A stretch of DNA of 64,000 nt, from contig NIVC01001401.1 in assembly GCA_002269645.1 (NCBI GenBank), forward strand, positions 138,761 to 202,760, read 5' to 3'. Position numbers and translations under genes: made by a program. The stretch comes from Macrostomum lignano (lineage: Eukaryota). Positions 25,001 to 36,765 of this stretch are shown here, in pieces; positions within the stretch are counted from its first letter, which is position 1, and each line of letters begins with the position of its first letter. The notes beneath the pieces are model-generated. The model was given only the letters and a program-made list of their open reading frames with translations, was not told the DNA's origin and ran no database searches.

Positions 25001-26750
25001 GCCACGAATTTCAAACTGTTTCTAAGAAAAGGAAACAGGTCGAGTTGGTTATTAAAAGATTCAAGGGCACTGAGGGAGCGGAGAGGCAGATTCAAGGGCA
25101 CTGAGGGAAGGGAGAGGAAGATTCAAGGACACTGAGGGAAGGGAGAGGCAGATTCAAGGGCACTGAGAGAGCGGAGAGGCAGATTCAAGGGCACTGAGGG
25201 AGCGGAGAGGCAGATTCAAGGACACTGAGGGAGCGGAGAGGCAGATTCAAGGACACTGAGGGAAGGGAGAGGCAGATTCAAGGGCACTGAGGGAGCGGAG
25301 AGGCAGATTCAAGGACACTGAGGGAAGGGAGAGGCAGATTCAAGAACACTGAGGGAGCGGAGAGGCAGATTCAAGGACACTGAGGGAAGGGAGAGGCAGA
25401 TTCAAGGACACTGAGGGAAGGGAGAGGCAGATTCAAGGGCACTGAGGGAGCGGAGAGGCAGATTCAAGGACACTGAGGGAAGGGAGAGGCAGATTCAAGA
25501 ACACTGAGGGAGCGGAGAGGCAGATTCAAGGACACTGAGGGAAGGGAGAGGCAGATTCAAGGACACTGAGGGAGCGGAGAGGCAGATTCAAGGACACTGA
25601 GGGAGCGGAGAGGCAGATTCAAGGACACTGAGGGAGCGGAGAGGCAGATTCAAGGACACTGAGGGAGCGGAGAGGCAGATTCAAGGACACTGAAGAAACA
25701 GAATGGCAGATTTCTTACTATTTACGGACTACTTACGGACGCATTCAAACACAAAGGGCTATTGCTACTACAAGTAGTGCAAATTTTAATTAATTGTATA
25801 AAATTGGTCCCAAACTGGCTGCCATCGCAGGCTACGGCCACGTGGCGCCCAAAACGGTTGCCGGCCGGCTGTGCACCATCTTCTACGCCATGGTGGGCAT
25901 CCCGCTGATGCTGCTATGCCTGCACAACCTCGGCTCCTTCCTGGCTGACGTGTTTCGCCTCTGCTACCAGCACTGCTGCCTCCGTCTGTGGCGCAGACGA
26001 CGGATGCGCCGGCTGGCCCGCCATCACGAGGCCATCAGCAGTCGCAGTCGGCGGGGCCGGGTGCGCGCCTTTGACCAGCTGTCGGAGATCATGCCCATCT
26101 CCAGCCGCTACCGGTCCCGACGGAGCAACCGTAGCGGCGCTACAGTCCGGCGCGGCGGCGGCGGCGGCAGCGGACGGAGCGGTCTGTCGACGGCTACGAC
26201 GGCCGGCGGGCGACACGGGGCGGCGGAGGCGACGCTGGGCGGCAACGGTGGATCGCCGCCAGCGATGATGTCGCGTCGACGAATCTTCCAGCTGGCCGAC
26301 CCGAGCACCGGGCAGACGCTGGACCTGTGCGTGCTACCGCCGGCGTCGGTGGGAACCGCCGGGCGGGCCGCCAGCTCCTACGCCGCCTCGACGCCAGTCA
26401 GCAGCGTCGAGGATCTCGGCGAAGTAATCCGCGTGCCGGTCTGGCTGACCCTGACGGTGTTCTGCATCTACATCCTGACCGGGGCGGTGCTGTTCTACTC
26501 CTGGGAGCAGTGGGGCTTCATGGACTCCGTCTATTTCGTGTTCATCACCCTGACAACCATCGGGCTGGGTGACTTCGTGCCCGGCATGCAAGAGTCGTCC
26601 TGGACTGACGAGGCCAAGCCAATCACCTGCGGCCTGTACCTGCTGTTCGGCCTGGCCATGATCGCCATGTGCTTCCAGCTGATGCAGGAGGAGGCCAAGG
26701 ACAAGGTGAAATCGTTCGGCAGAAAGATCGGACTGCTGGACGATGGCTGA
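16011..26750 (+). CDS. Two-pore-domain potassium channel (K2P, invertebrate TWK/TWIK-like), about 991 aa, with greatly enlarged M1-P1 extracellular loop
   Basis: Exons 16011-16518, 18422-18799, 19659-19992, 21411-21803, 22342-22784, 25831-26750 (2976 nt, phases 1,1,2,2,1 all consistent, GT-AG). M1 [24 protein letters not shown]; P1 [17 protein letters not shown]|GYGHVAPKT; M2 [19 protein letters not shown]; M3 [21 protein letters not shown]; P2 [25 protein letters not shown]; M4 [18 protein letters not shown]. Exons 1-2 are assigned by phase and composition only, so they are less certain. Confidence 0.93.
16569..17197 (+). repeat. About 7 copies of an 89-bp unit derived from the COE acceptor/HLH exon, inside K2P intron 1
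   Basis: Unit CCAGCGACTATGCCAGCTCATCCCCAGTCTCTCTCCCTGCCCCCATTCTCTCCCCCAGCCCTCACGGAGCCGACCATAGACTATGGATT is nearly identical to 1497-1745; it translates [18 protein letters not shown]. Confidence 0.95.
18104..18205. repeat. (GGGATC)17 microsatellite
   Basis: Perfect hexamer repeat. Confidence 0.97.
18870..19594. repeat. 12-bp minisatellite (GTGAATGGATTC)n filling K2P intron 2
   Basis: About 60 copies; source of several spurious ORFs. Confidence 0.96.
20323..20590. repeat. 14-bp minisatellite (TAGATCTGAGAGAC)n, with degenerate copies back to about 20100
   Basis: Tandem copies read directly. Confidence 0.92.
21113..21390. repeat. 22-bp minisatellite (TTACTCATATATAGCTTGTAGA)n
   Basis: About 12 copies. 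Confidence 0.92.
21843..22075. repeat. Degenerate telomere-like (AACCCT/AACCTA) array in K2P intron 4
   Basis: CCCTAACCTAAACCCTATAA-type repeats. Confidence 0.82.
22843..23200. repeat. 30-bp minisatellite (CTGACTCTGTGATCTAGTCTCTCCACACTC)n
   Basis: About 12 diverging copies immediately after the exon 5 donor. Confidence 0.9.
23532..23690 (+). mobile_element. tRNA-derived SINE fragment
   Basis: tRNA-like head with B-box GGTTCGATTC (23571-23580), followed by TGTGTCCTTGAGCAAGACA, which resembles the conserved central motif of CORE/V/Meta-type SINEs. Confidence 0.65.
25057..25693. repeat. 31-bp minisatellite (GGCAGATTCAAGGACACTGAGGGAGCGGAGA)n
   Basis: About 20 copies. Confidence 0.95.
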
Positions 26751-29169
26751 AGGCTGGCTGGGCCTAGCAACCAGCTGGAGAAGAAGGATGCTGCACTCAA
26801 AAATTGTTCGATTTTTTTGCCGGTTTTTGCTGCAAAATTCGAAATGTTTCTTTTGTGGTTTCTAGCAATACTTTGATCGCCTGTTGCTAAAACCATTTTT
26901 TAAACTCGATTTTTTTTGTAATATTTTGTTGACCACAGCTTGGATAAAACTCAGTCAATTTAGCCCTAATAATGAAAACCTACACCTCGCTAATGCATTG
27001 TTATAGTTACTTAAGGTAGATTAAGTCTCTTGAAAATCCGGGCCCAAAACAAGTACAATTATAAGACATTCAATTGGGGGGGGGGGCGGTTGAGTGTAGA
27101 TACGAAAAGGATGGGGTGGAGTGCGCGACTGAGGAAAAAGGCGAGATTGAAGAGCCAATCAGAAAGCAGCGAAGGAGAGAGATAAGAATAACAAGACTGA
27201 ACTAGATTAAGAAAACAGAGTAAACAGAGACGAGGGCAGATGAATAGAATAGATGACTAAGAAAGTCGCAACATGGCATTGTTCAGCAACTAAAACCGGC
27301 CTCCAATAAAAAAATTACAAATTTGCGAGTGTATAGCATCTTTGTATTTTAGTTGTCTGTGTGCCCGATACTAAATGACAATACAATTTTTGTAATTTGC
27401 AATCGATTTTTTTGTAGATTATCATCAAGAAATGAAAAAATAACAAAAAAATAGAACCAATTCATTATAAATAATATTCTTGTCAGCTTGTCATTAATAA
27501 AAAACTGCTTCAATGTGCCCCTACTTACTTATTCATACTACTGAATAGAAAGATTAGTGGTACCATTGCTAGCGACTGAGGATTTTTCCAATTTTCCAAT
27601 TTTAAATGAGTGGATCAAGACACTGCGTTTTCGCTCAGCTGACTCACTTTGACACCTCCCCTAAATCGAGTGGCGACATAAACTTAAATTCATTTCAGTA
27701 AACTACTGTTAATTTAAGTAGAGGGTGTAGATTTTTTAGAAGAGAAAATGATTAATGAGTATATAGGATTGACCATAGACTGTTTTTACATAGCAGAAAG
27801 GCTGGTGCAGGGCCAGCGTGTGTGAATGAAAGAAGGGTGAGGGTGAGGGTAGTTGTGAGACCTGCACCAATAAAAACGATCAATTGCATTACTGACCCAG
27901 GATTGATTTTTGATTGCTTGCATTCTCACTGAAGCAAGGAATTTAGTTTCAATTCATTTGCAACATCTGGCAAACGATTTCTCTGCCAATTTCTGTTAAG
28001 ACGGGGCCAATTGGAAGGAGCTTAATGCTTTGATTGACAAATATTGACTCCGAGATGATGGTACGAACGAGGTCTGCGCCGTCTCAGACGCGTTGAGCAG
28101 ATGTCCACTCGCGTATGATATTCACTTTCCTGGAAGCTTTTACATAGGAGAGCAGCGTCACTCTCAAGCCGTCAATGCACTTTAGAGCTGCCAAGAGCTT
28201 AGGAGCTTCCAAAAACCATGCAAGACGGTAAACGAGGTCTGACTCTCGCGCTAACGGCTTGTGTGCCACGAAATATTGACCGGGGGGGTTATCTTGCGAT
28301 TCGCAACACATAATGGCCAATCCCAAAGTACAGAGAGAATGTACATTCCTAACGATTAAAATGTCAGAAAGTCAGGCCCGCTGTATAACCAGTGTGAGCG
28401 TTTGTACGAGTGCGTGCCTGCTTGAATGTGCTCAGGAGTCTGCCGAATGGGGAGAATTGCCGAAGGCGTTTCGCCAGGGTCCCAACGAAGCCCCCTCCAA
28501 TTATCAATTATTGTGGGGGTTAGCCGGTATCTCATGGCACCCCGGGCCATTTGGCAAAGTGAGTTTCTGAGGTAAATAAAATAATGATGAGGACGCATCT
28601 TTTTTCAATCTTAAAACCGCACATTTTGCTTCGATGTGCTTTCCCCCTACTGTCAGTAGGCTAGCTTAGGATTTTCTCTCTATTCTCTCATCTAGGCTGA
28701 GTTCTATACTAACTTATGACATTACTATTAATTATGTTAGATACTCAATGTACTTACCTTAGAATGAGATTAAAAACATTCCTCCCAGACTTAGTGTCTC
28801 CTGTCTAGACTGTCAGAGGTCAATCCGCCTCAGACCCAGACAGTCTGACCTTCAAAGATGCGTAAACAATCCAAAATTAGAATCCTGACCCCCTGATTTG
28901 TGACTTTTTCACTATTTTTAGTGATTTGTGACGGTCTAGCTGTCACTTTTAGCTCCAGCCTGTCTGGGTCAAAGAGGTCTTTCCAGCTTTCTCCCCACTC
29001 GCTCTGTTACCTTCTCCTTTGATTTATGTGCGTTTTGCAGTCACTTTTGGCGCCAGGATGTCTAGACAAGTGACTTTTATTATGCTTTGCACATGATTTA
29101 TGACCGCACCTGTCAACTCCCCTGGGGTCTGAAGGCCACCTGGTGGGGTGGGTTTTGGAGTTTTGAGCT

Positions 29170-29330
29170 CAGCCAATCAGAGATGACCTGACTGCCCCCG
29201 GCTCGTCCAATCGGAAAATTCGGCGCCTATTTTAACAAAAGCTCTCAGCCAATCAGAAAATTCGGCGCGCGATATAACAAATCGGCCGCATGAGAGCTAT
29301 AAAAGGCGGCAACTCGACCTACGCTCGAAA
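29170..29330 (+). promoter_or_regulatory. Pol II-type core promoter: three CCAAT boxes plus TATA box
   Basis: CCAAT at 29173, 29208 and 29249 (the last two within a repeated CCAATC(G/A)GAAAATTCGGCGC), TATAAAAG at 29298-29305. Confidence 0.55.
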
Positions 29331-31299
29331 AGGCCTGCTTGGACCTCCCTTCTTGCACGGTCCTAACCCCGTCTTAGATGGCTCCTTCGGCATCTGCTGC
29401 GTCTTCGACGTCTGATCCCCCTTCCCCCGGCAGTTTCGGCTTCAGCAGCTAAGCTCCCCTTGAGAGGCATCACTAGTACTTCCCGGTCGTGAACAAAGAG
29501 CAGCAACAGCAACCGGCAAGTGAAGAGTAACGGCGGCACTCGTCAGTTAAGATCAGCAGCAGCATCCCATCCGAGCGTTTCGGTCTCTGCGGATCCCTTG
29601 GCTACCGGCAGTTAGGTCCTCTGATTGGTTTGGTGAGAGGCTATCTTGACCTGCTAAACTGGGTGCGCCCTTTGTCTGACCCCTTCCTAGGTAGTCTGAT
29701 AGGATTTGCACTTTTGTTTGCTTGCTTTTTGTGTGCCAAACTCGAGGCAAAAGTTTCATATAATACTAAAAGTAGCCATTTGCTCTGACTCGATCTAAGG
29801 TGTTTAGGATTGCGGATTAAGTGAGAAAGTTAAATCTGGAAGTTAAAGACTTAGCGTTTTCTTTCTTTTTTCGCAATGCCAGCTGAGATGAGCGGCTAAA
29901 TCTAGAGGCAGAGGTCACGGTGGACCGGAAGCGGCACAGTTCCCAGTCAATCAGACAATCTAAGAAATCATTATGTTAAGCATGCAAATTAAGAGCCAGA
30001 CTGGCGCTTTGGCGCGGTCACAGGCAGTTAAGTGGCTAAAGTAAGTTAAATATTAGTCTAAAGATCTCCGAAAGTGACAATGCATCTACATCATCGCTAT
30101 CTGTCGACGTGTTAACACATTTAGTGCCAAAAGCGTGCAGTTACGTGTACTTTTACATGTACTTCTGGGAATTTGGTAATGAAATAGTACATTTAGTAGT
30201 GTATGAAGGCTCGCCAGCGCAAGAACCCCCTGCAAAAGTCCTCACTGTCCCTGCATGGCCAATGCGATCTTAGTCCCAGCAGCGTCCCTTCTATTCGGCT
30301 ATGACTTCGAGATTTAGACAGCTAAAAGACACTAGATGGCAGGTAAGTGCAGTGCCCCTCTAGTCGGAAGTCCGATTTCGATAGCTCCGGTTTGGTGAGC
30401 CGGGGCGCACGGACTGGTGGCAGCGGGTTAGTTAATCTGCGGATTAGCTAATCTCTACCTTTCAAATTCTCCCTGCTTGTCTCTCGCTGTCTTCTCTTAG
30501 CTATAGGACCTTGCTGCTCGTCCACAATCTAGCTACCATGGGGCTGACCATCTGACAGGAGTGAGAGGCCAGAGCTTTAAGTGATTCATTTCTGACTTCT
30601 GAGACCCGAAGCTATAGGCTTAAAAAGGCCGAACCCATCAATAAGACAAAAAATCGATGCACTTCGATCTGATTTCCTAAAATAAATAGCTATACTATTA
30701 AGAAACAGACAGCGCTCTGCATTTCACTGTATAGCTCTCGATAGTATATATTATAATTATAAATAATTCGCATAAAGTGCCACGCTGGAACAAAAAGAGA
30801 TCAATACTACCTAGCCTTACTTGCAGTAGTACTGATGATAATTGCGGAATTTCAAAAAAAGAACAACAAAAAACGGCACACAAGACGCGAGAGTACATTA
30901 ATAAGTTAGTGAAAGTTTACTAAAGAAGTCACTAGAGATATGTACAAATATTCTTTTTGCTTTGTCATTTTTGTTCGATCGGAGAACTCGCGGTCAATTA
31001 CCGATTGGGCCAAAAATGTGGCGCCTAACAAAATGTAAGCTGAGATGTGCTCAAAATGTCTCCATAAGCTGGAGAGGAACAAACTGGGCAACATGGTTAT
31101 GAAACCCAAAATATGCAATGCCAGCCATCTGATAAAGTTGGCTTTTTCTGTCATGAAAACACAAAGCTGCAGATTAAACAAAAACAAACAGTTTATAGGA
31201 ATTGAAAAACACAAATATCCAATTGAAATTGATTGCTCTGAGAAGAGTGGAATACTCAGGTATACAATTCAATATTCGATGGCTTTGCATTTGATTGGC

Positions 31300-31495
31300 T
31301 AGTGCCTTGCTCTCTGATTGGCTAGTGCCTGGCTATCTGATTGGCTGGTGCCTGGCTATCTGATTGGCTGGTGCCTGGCTATCTGATTGGCTGGTGCCTG
31401 GCTATCTGATTGGCTGGTGCCTGGCTATCTGATTGGCTGGTGCCTGGCTATCTGATTAGCTAGTGCCTTGCTCCTTGATTGGCTAGTGCCTGGCT
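31300..31495. repeat. 23-bp minisatellite (CTGATTGGCTGGTGCCTGGCTAT)n
   Basis: About 8 copies, each containing ATTGG. Confidence 0.9.
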
Positions 31496-31707
31496 GTTAA
31501 AATGATATCACAAAAGTACATTTTGTTACGATATTATCACAAACGGGAGACAGGTAGCTAAGCAGAAAAAATCTAGAAAAAATGTAATAAAACTTAAGTG
31601 CAAAAAACACGTTTCGCATTTACTAAAAACATAGTTAATACATTTGCGCCAAAAAGAACACCAAAGAAAATTCAATTTTTTAAATAGTCAATCGTTGCAC
31701 TGATTAG

Positions 31708-31904
31708 TCAGAGAGTCACGTGACAGCCGAACAGCTGCAGCAGCTGCCGGTGCACGCGGACCGCCAGGCCGGCCTGCCGCAGCACTTCGCCGTCGCAGTT
31801 CCACACGGACCCGGCCGGATTGTCCAGAACGCGCACGGAAAACTGGCGGACTCGGTGGACCTGTGTGAGGGGTGGGCGCCCGTTGGTGGGTGCTGGGGTC
31901 AGAT

Positions 31905-31958
<54 letters not shown>

Positions 31959-34900
31959 CCAGCCATCAGAGCAGTCTTCCAACCTGCACGCAGTCGAGCT
32001 GGAACTGTGGCTCCACAGGTGCGGGTGGCGTAGGCGGAGGCGGCGGCAGCGAGTCGTCGATAGCGGAGGCGCCGGCCGCGGCGGTGGACAAGCGCACGGG
32101 GCAGCTGCTGACGCGGTACAGGTGGCGCAGGAACTCCGCCTTGCTGCAGTCGCGCACCAGCACCAGGTCGGTGCAGCCGTCGCCCAGGTGGGCAAACGGC
32201 ACGGCACCGGCGGCGCTCTTAGTCGATCGGCAGGGCATCAGGAAGCTGTTGACGGCGACGAAGCGACCGGTGACGGTGCGGAGCTGCCGCCGTTGCGGCT
32301 CCTTCGCCTCCGGGGCGCACTCGGCGAGCGCGTCCGATGAGCAGACTGAGCAGTCGCGAGTGCACACAGCGTGGCATCTGAATTGGAATGGCGATGCAAC
32401 ATAGCTACCTATGGACTTTTAATGGCATCGCAAAATACCCTGCAGAATTTTAATAGCATCAAAATCTATCTAAAATACCCCCCACGGAGAATCGGTGAGG
32501 TAGCCCAAAATACCCCCATGGAGAATCGGTGAGGTAGCCCAAAATACCCCCATGGAGAATCGGTGAGGTAGCCCAAAATACCCCCATGGAGAATCGGTGA
32601 GGCAGCCCAAAATACCCCCATGGAGAATCGGTGAGGTAGCACAAAACACCCCCATGGAGAATCGGTGAGGCAGCCCAAAATACCCCCATGGAGAATCGGT
32701 GAGGTAGCCCAAAATACCCCCATGGAGAATCGGTGAGGCAGCCCAAAATACCCCCATGGAGAATCGGTGAGGTAGCCCAAAATACCCCGGGAGAATTGGT
32801 GAGGCAGTCCCCTAAACCGCAGATCAACCCGCAGCTCACCTGCCGTCGGCCTCCAAAAAGCTGATCTCCAGAGCGTGAGACCGCAGGTTGAGCAGCCGGT
32901 GAGCTCCCACCAGGTCGTACCTGGCCGGCCCCATCCAGCGCAGCGGCTCGCTGGACCTGGCCACCTCGCCAAAATAGCCGTAGCCCAGCAGGCTGATATT
33001 ATACGTCAGGAACTGGCCGGAATCGGAGTACACGGACGCCATGTCCATGGCGACGCGTCGGCCGAGAATTATTTGAACAATGGCGGTGAGAGCGTCGCTT
33101 GTGCCGTTGATGCTGTGGACTACGGTGTCCGTGCTGCCTGCAGGGAGCGAGGGGCGATTGCAGTTTACTTTTTGCGAACTATTATTGGCGGGGAATCCTT
33201 AATGATCGTATGGGAATTCCTAATGATTTTTGGACGGGAATCCCAATGATTGTTGAAGGGTAATCCAAATAATTGTTGGAAAAGAAATTCCTGAAGGGAA
33301 ATAGAAAAACTTATAGAAGGTAAATGACTGTAAAAAGGAAATCCCAATGGCTATAAAAAGGAATCTCTAATGAATATAAAAAGGAATCCCTAACGACTTT
33401 TGGAAGGGAATCCAAAATGATTGTTGGAAGGGAATCCCTAATGACTGTCAAATGGGGAATCCCTAATGATTGTAAAAGGGGAATCCTTAATGACTGTAAA
33501 AATGGGAATCTCTAAGGACTGTGAAAGGGAAATCCCTAATATCTGTAAAAGGGGAATCCTTAATGACTGTCAAAGGGGAATCCCTAATATCTGTAATAGG
33601 GGAATCCTTAATGACTGTCAAAGGGGAATCCCTAATTATTTAAAAGGGAAATCCCTAATGATTATAAAAGGGGAATCCTTAATGACTGTAAAAGGGAATC
33701 CCTAATTACTGTAAAAGGGGAATCCCTAAATAATATAAAAGGGGAATCCCTAATGACTGTAAAAAGGTAATCCCTAATGACTGTGAAAGGAGAATTCCTA
33801 GTGACTGTAAAAGATTCCCCAACTATCCTTGGATGGGATCCGCCAATGACTGCGGGAAGGAAACGCCCCCCCCCCCAGCGCTTGCTGGGAGCTCGCATTT
33901 ACCAGCTGGCACAATGCCAATCGTGTGATCGGGCCGCAGCTCAGGATCGTCAACAGTGTGAGCAGTCAGGCCTTCGTCCAGTCGCTTGCGCAGCAGCAGG
34001 CCGTGGAACAGCTCAGACAAGATGCCGTCGCCGCCGACCCCAACAATGCTGGAATAGAAATAAAAAAATTGAAGGATTAAGCTAAGCTCGAACAGATGTG
34101 CCCCATTCGATGCCTGCACATCTTAAATTTTATTCAATCTTCTTTTCTGTAAAATATATTTTTTTGTGGACTACTGTTTATTTTATTGAATTTTTGCTTT
34201 GGGCCTTTATGTCAGCAAAAACTCTATTACAATATCATAGCTATTTGAACTATGATAATGACTTTCAGAATATATTATCAATCACAATTTCAAAAAAATT
34301 GATTTACATGTATGATATGCTTTTCCAGTTCATATCCAGTATGAGGATCTGTGAGATTGGCGGCGGCCCAGCAACTGAGGATCTGTGAGGCTGGCCCAGC
34401 AACTGAGGATCTGGGAGGCTGGCCCAGCAACTGAGGATCTGGGAGGCTGGCCCAGCAACTGAGGATCTGGGAGGCTGGCCCAGAAACTGAGGATCTGGGA
34501 GGCTGGCCCAGAAACTGAGGATCTGGGAGGCTGGCCCAGAAACTGAGGATCTGTGAGGCTGGCCCAGCAACTGAAACTCTGGGAGGCTGGCCCAGAAACT
34601 GAGGATCTGTGAGGCTGGCCCAGCAACTGAGGATCTGGGAGGCTGGCCCAGAAACTGAAACTCTGTTAGGCTGGCCCAGAAACTGAAACTCTGGGAGGCT
34701 GGCCCGGCAACTGAGGATCTGGGAGGCTGGCCCAGCAACTGAAACTCTGGGAGGCTGGCCCAGAAACTGAGGATCTGGGAGGCTGGCCCAGAAACTGAGG
34801 ATCTGTGAGGCTGGTCCAGCAACTAATGAGTCTTGGAAGTGTAATTAATGGTAAAACAACAAATAATTTCTGAGCTGTGTGTGACAGCTCAGTGTCAAGC

Positions 34901-36765
34901 ACTTCGATTTCCACAGACCAAAAAAATAGAAATTTCTCTGCTTAGCCTACTGCTAGTAGCATTTCAGTGGCAAGCAGTCCAACAGGAAAGAAACCAACCC
35001 GTCAAACGACTGCAGCTTCTCTTGCATCAGAAAGTCCTTGGCGTGGTGTCGCCGTTCCGTGTGCACGAACCGCGCGGCTACCCGGCACTGCCGCAGCGCC
35101 GGCCGCAGCAGCCGGTCGCAGAGGCGCACCGCGCCGCCGCCTCCGCTCACCGGGTTGACGAACACCAGCAGGGAGCGCGGCCGCCTGTGCCGACCAGCCG
35201 CGGCCTCCAGCTGGGGCGTCAGCAAAGCCAGCAGGCTGGAGCAGTCAGACAGGCCGGTCAGCTGGATTTGCTGAAGCCGCCAACGGCAGTCGCCGGTTTG
35301 TACAGCCGCCACCAGCTCGAGCTGTTGCTTCTGCTGCTGCTGCTGTTGCTGCTTCTGCTGCTGCTTTTGGCTGCCCGAAATATCCGGAGTGGCCTGAGCG
35401 TGCAGAATGTCGTCCAGCTGGTACTGCGCGCCTGGCGGAGCGGGTAGCGGTGTACATCATAGGGAGCAGGTGTGTACATCACTGAGATGGGTGTGCACTA
35501 GGGGTCACAATCCCGGGATTTTGTGACCCCTAGTGTGTACATCATAGGGAGCGGGTGTGGAAAACAATAGTTGCCATGCCAAAAAATAACTGGCTATGGC
35601 TGAGGGTTTCTAGTTAATATTTCTGGGCATCACTCTGGGTAGCATGACTCCAATATAAGCAATACAAGAACACGATACACAAGGCTTTAAGTAAGTCCTA
35701 AGCCAGATCAACCGAACTTGTGTGAATCTGTAAGACACACAATTAAAATAATTGAAATTCCTACACTAAGTTACTGGTTTAGGCTACACTCGGAGAATAG
35801 TGTCTGCGTTTTCACTTAGCTAAAAGAACTAAAGTGAAAATCTAAGCGAGATAACACAGCCTTTCAGTCAGCACGTTTGTCCGTGGCAAGATCGAAAACA
35901 GATAAGAAAAATTGATAAGCAACGTTCAGCCAAATTAACAACTCCCCAGCGTACAACTATAGTACATGTAGAGTGGCTGCAACGTGAAATCAATAATTAT
36001 TTTATCATTTTTTATATTTAATTTAGGCTAAACTTAAGTGAGACGTGGGGAGTAAAGATAAAAGATAAGCATTCTTGAATGTACCCTCTAGAGAATTCTA
36101 GCAATATCTACGCACTTGGCTTATTGCAGATATAGATAGACAGCCTAAACAGCTTGGTTAAAAAAGTCAGACAGGCAAAGTGGGAAGACAGGCGGAGAAA
36201 AGAAGAAAAACAGAGAGAGCGCTAGATTTCTGCACCCGTACAGTGTACGTGATAGCTAGAGTTTTCTGCGCTTATGCAGAAAATAGCTGCGACTGCGAGT
36301 ACGCGAGCACTTTTCGCGCGTACTTACAGTGACTGACTGGGTTGAGTGCGCCAAGTTCAATGAGAGCTACGGGCAGCCTTACCTATTCGTGTTAATTAAG
36401 TAAACATGTATTGTACTATACAGAACACATGTAATGCACTTTGGCCTTGACTCTCATTGACCGAACAGGGATTCGAACCCAGTACGTTGAGCGCGAGAGT
36501 TAGACGCGTTACTGCTTGAGCTGTTTGCCACCCCTTTCAGGAGTCAGGACCATGAGAAGGGAATTTCTCTAGAATATTCTTGTTGAGTTATAAAATTTAT
36601 GTTGAGAAAAATGTCAGACATACCTGATGAGATGACAGAGCAGTGGGCCTGAGCACGCCAGGACAGGCACTGGTCTATCAGGTTCAGTGTCAGAGTGCAT
36701 GGATTGCCTTTGTGCAAGCAGTCGAAATGATAAATTTCTGATAGGCATTCCAATGAATTGGACAT
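31708..36765 (-). CDS. cerk: Ceramide kinase (PH-like N-terminus plus DAGK-type catalytic domain), 521 aa
   Basis: Minus-strand exons 36765-36624, 35431-34999, 34048-33903, 33137-32840, 32377-31984, 31860-31708 (1566 nt, phases consistent). Motifs RPRSLLVFVNPVSG, SFDG|IVGVGGDG, IVPAG|STD, LLGYGYFG, CERK-specific CxxxCxxC (CTRDCSVC), AHLGDGCTDLVLVR, SVWNCDGEVL...RVHRQLLQLFG. Confidence 0.95.
31901..31958. repeat. (CAGA)n microsatellite in last CERK intron
   Basis: Tetranucleotide run. Confidence 0.95.
32468..32805. repeat. 34-bp minisatellite (AAAATACCCCCATGGAGAATCGGTGAGGTAGCCC)n
   Basis: About 10 copies in CERK intron 4. Confidence 0.93.
33170..33800. repeat. Degenerate minisatellite based on AAAGGGGAATCCCTAATGACTGT
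   Basis: Recurrent GGGAATCCCTAAT core in CERK intron 3. Confidence 0.8.
34340..34825. repeat. 28-bp minisatellite (CTGAGGATCTGGGAGGCTGGCCCAGCAA)n
   Basis: About 17 copies in CERK intron 2. Confidence 0.94.
35491..35540. mobile_element. 34-bp palindromic mini-element with hAT-like 8-bp target site duplication
   Basis: GTGTGCAC [TAGGGGTCACAA-TCCCGGGATT-TTGTGACCCCTA] GTGTGTAC: 12-bp perfect TIRs; the 8-bp flanks differ by one base. Confidence 0.55.
36459..36533 (-). mobile_element. tRNA-derived SINE head or tRNA pseudogene
   Basis: Reverse complement GGGTGGCAAACAGCTCAAGCAGTAACGCGTCTAACTCTCGCGCTCAACGTACTGGGTTCGAATCCCTGTTCGGTC has A-box-like AGCTCAAGCAG and B-box GGTTCGAATCC, but the anticodon and acceptor stems do not pair properly. 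Confidence 0.55.

Noticed and set aside
36459-36533. Functional tRNA gene
   Set aside because: Has A/B boxes, but the anticodon and acceptor stems do not pair; treated as a SINE head or pseudogene
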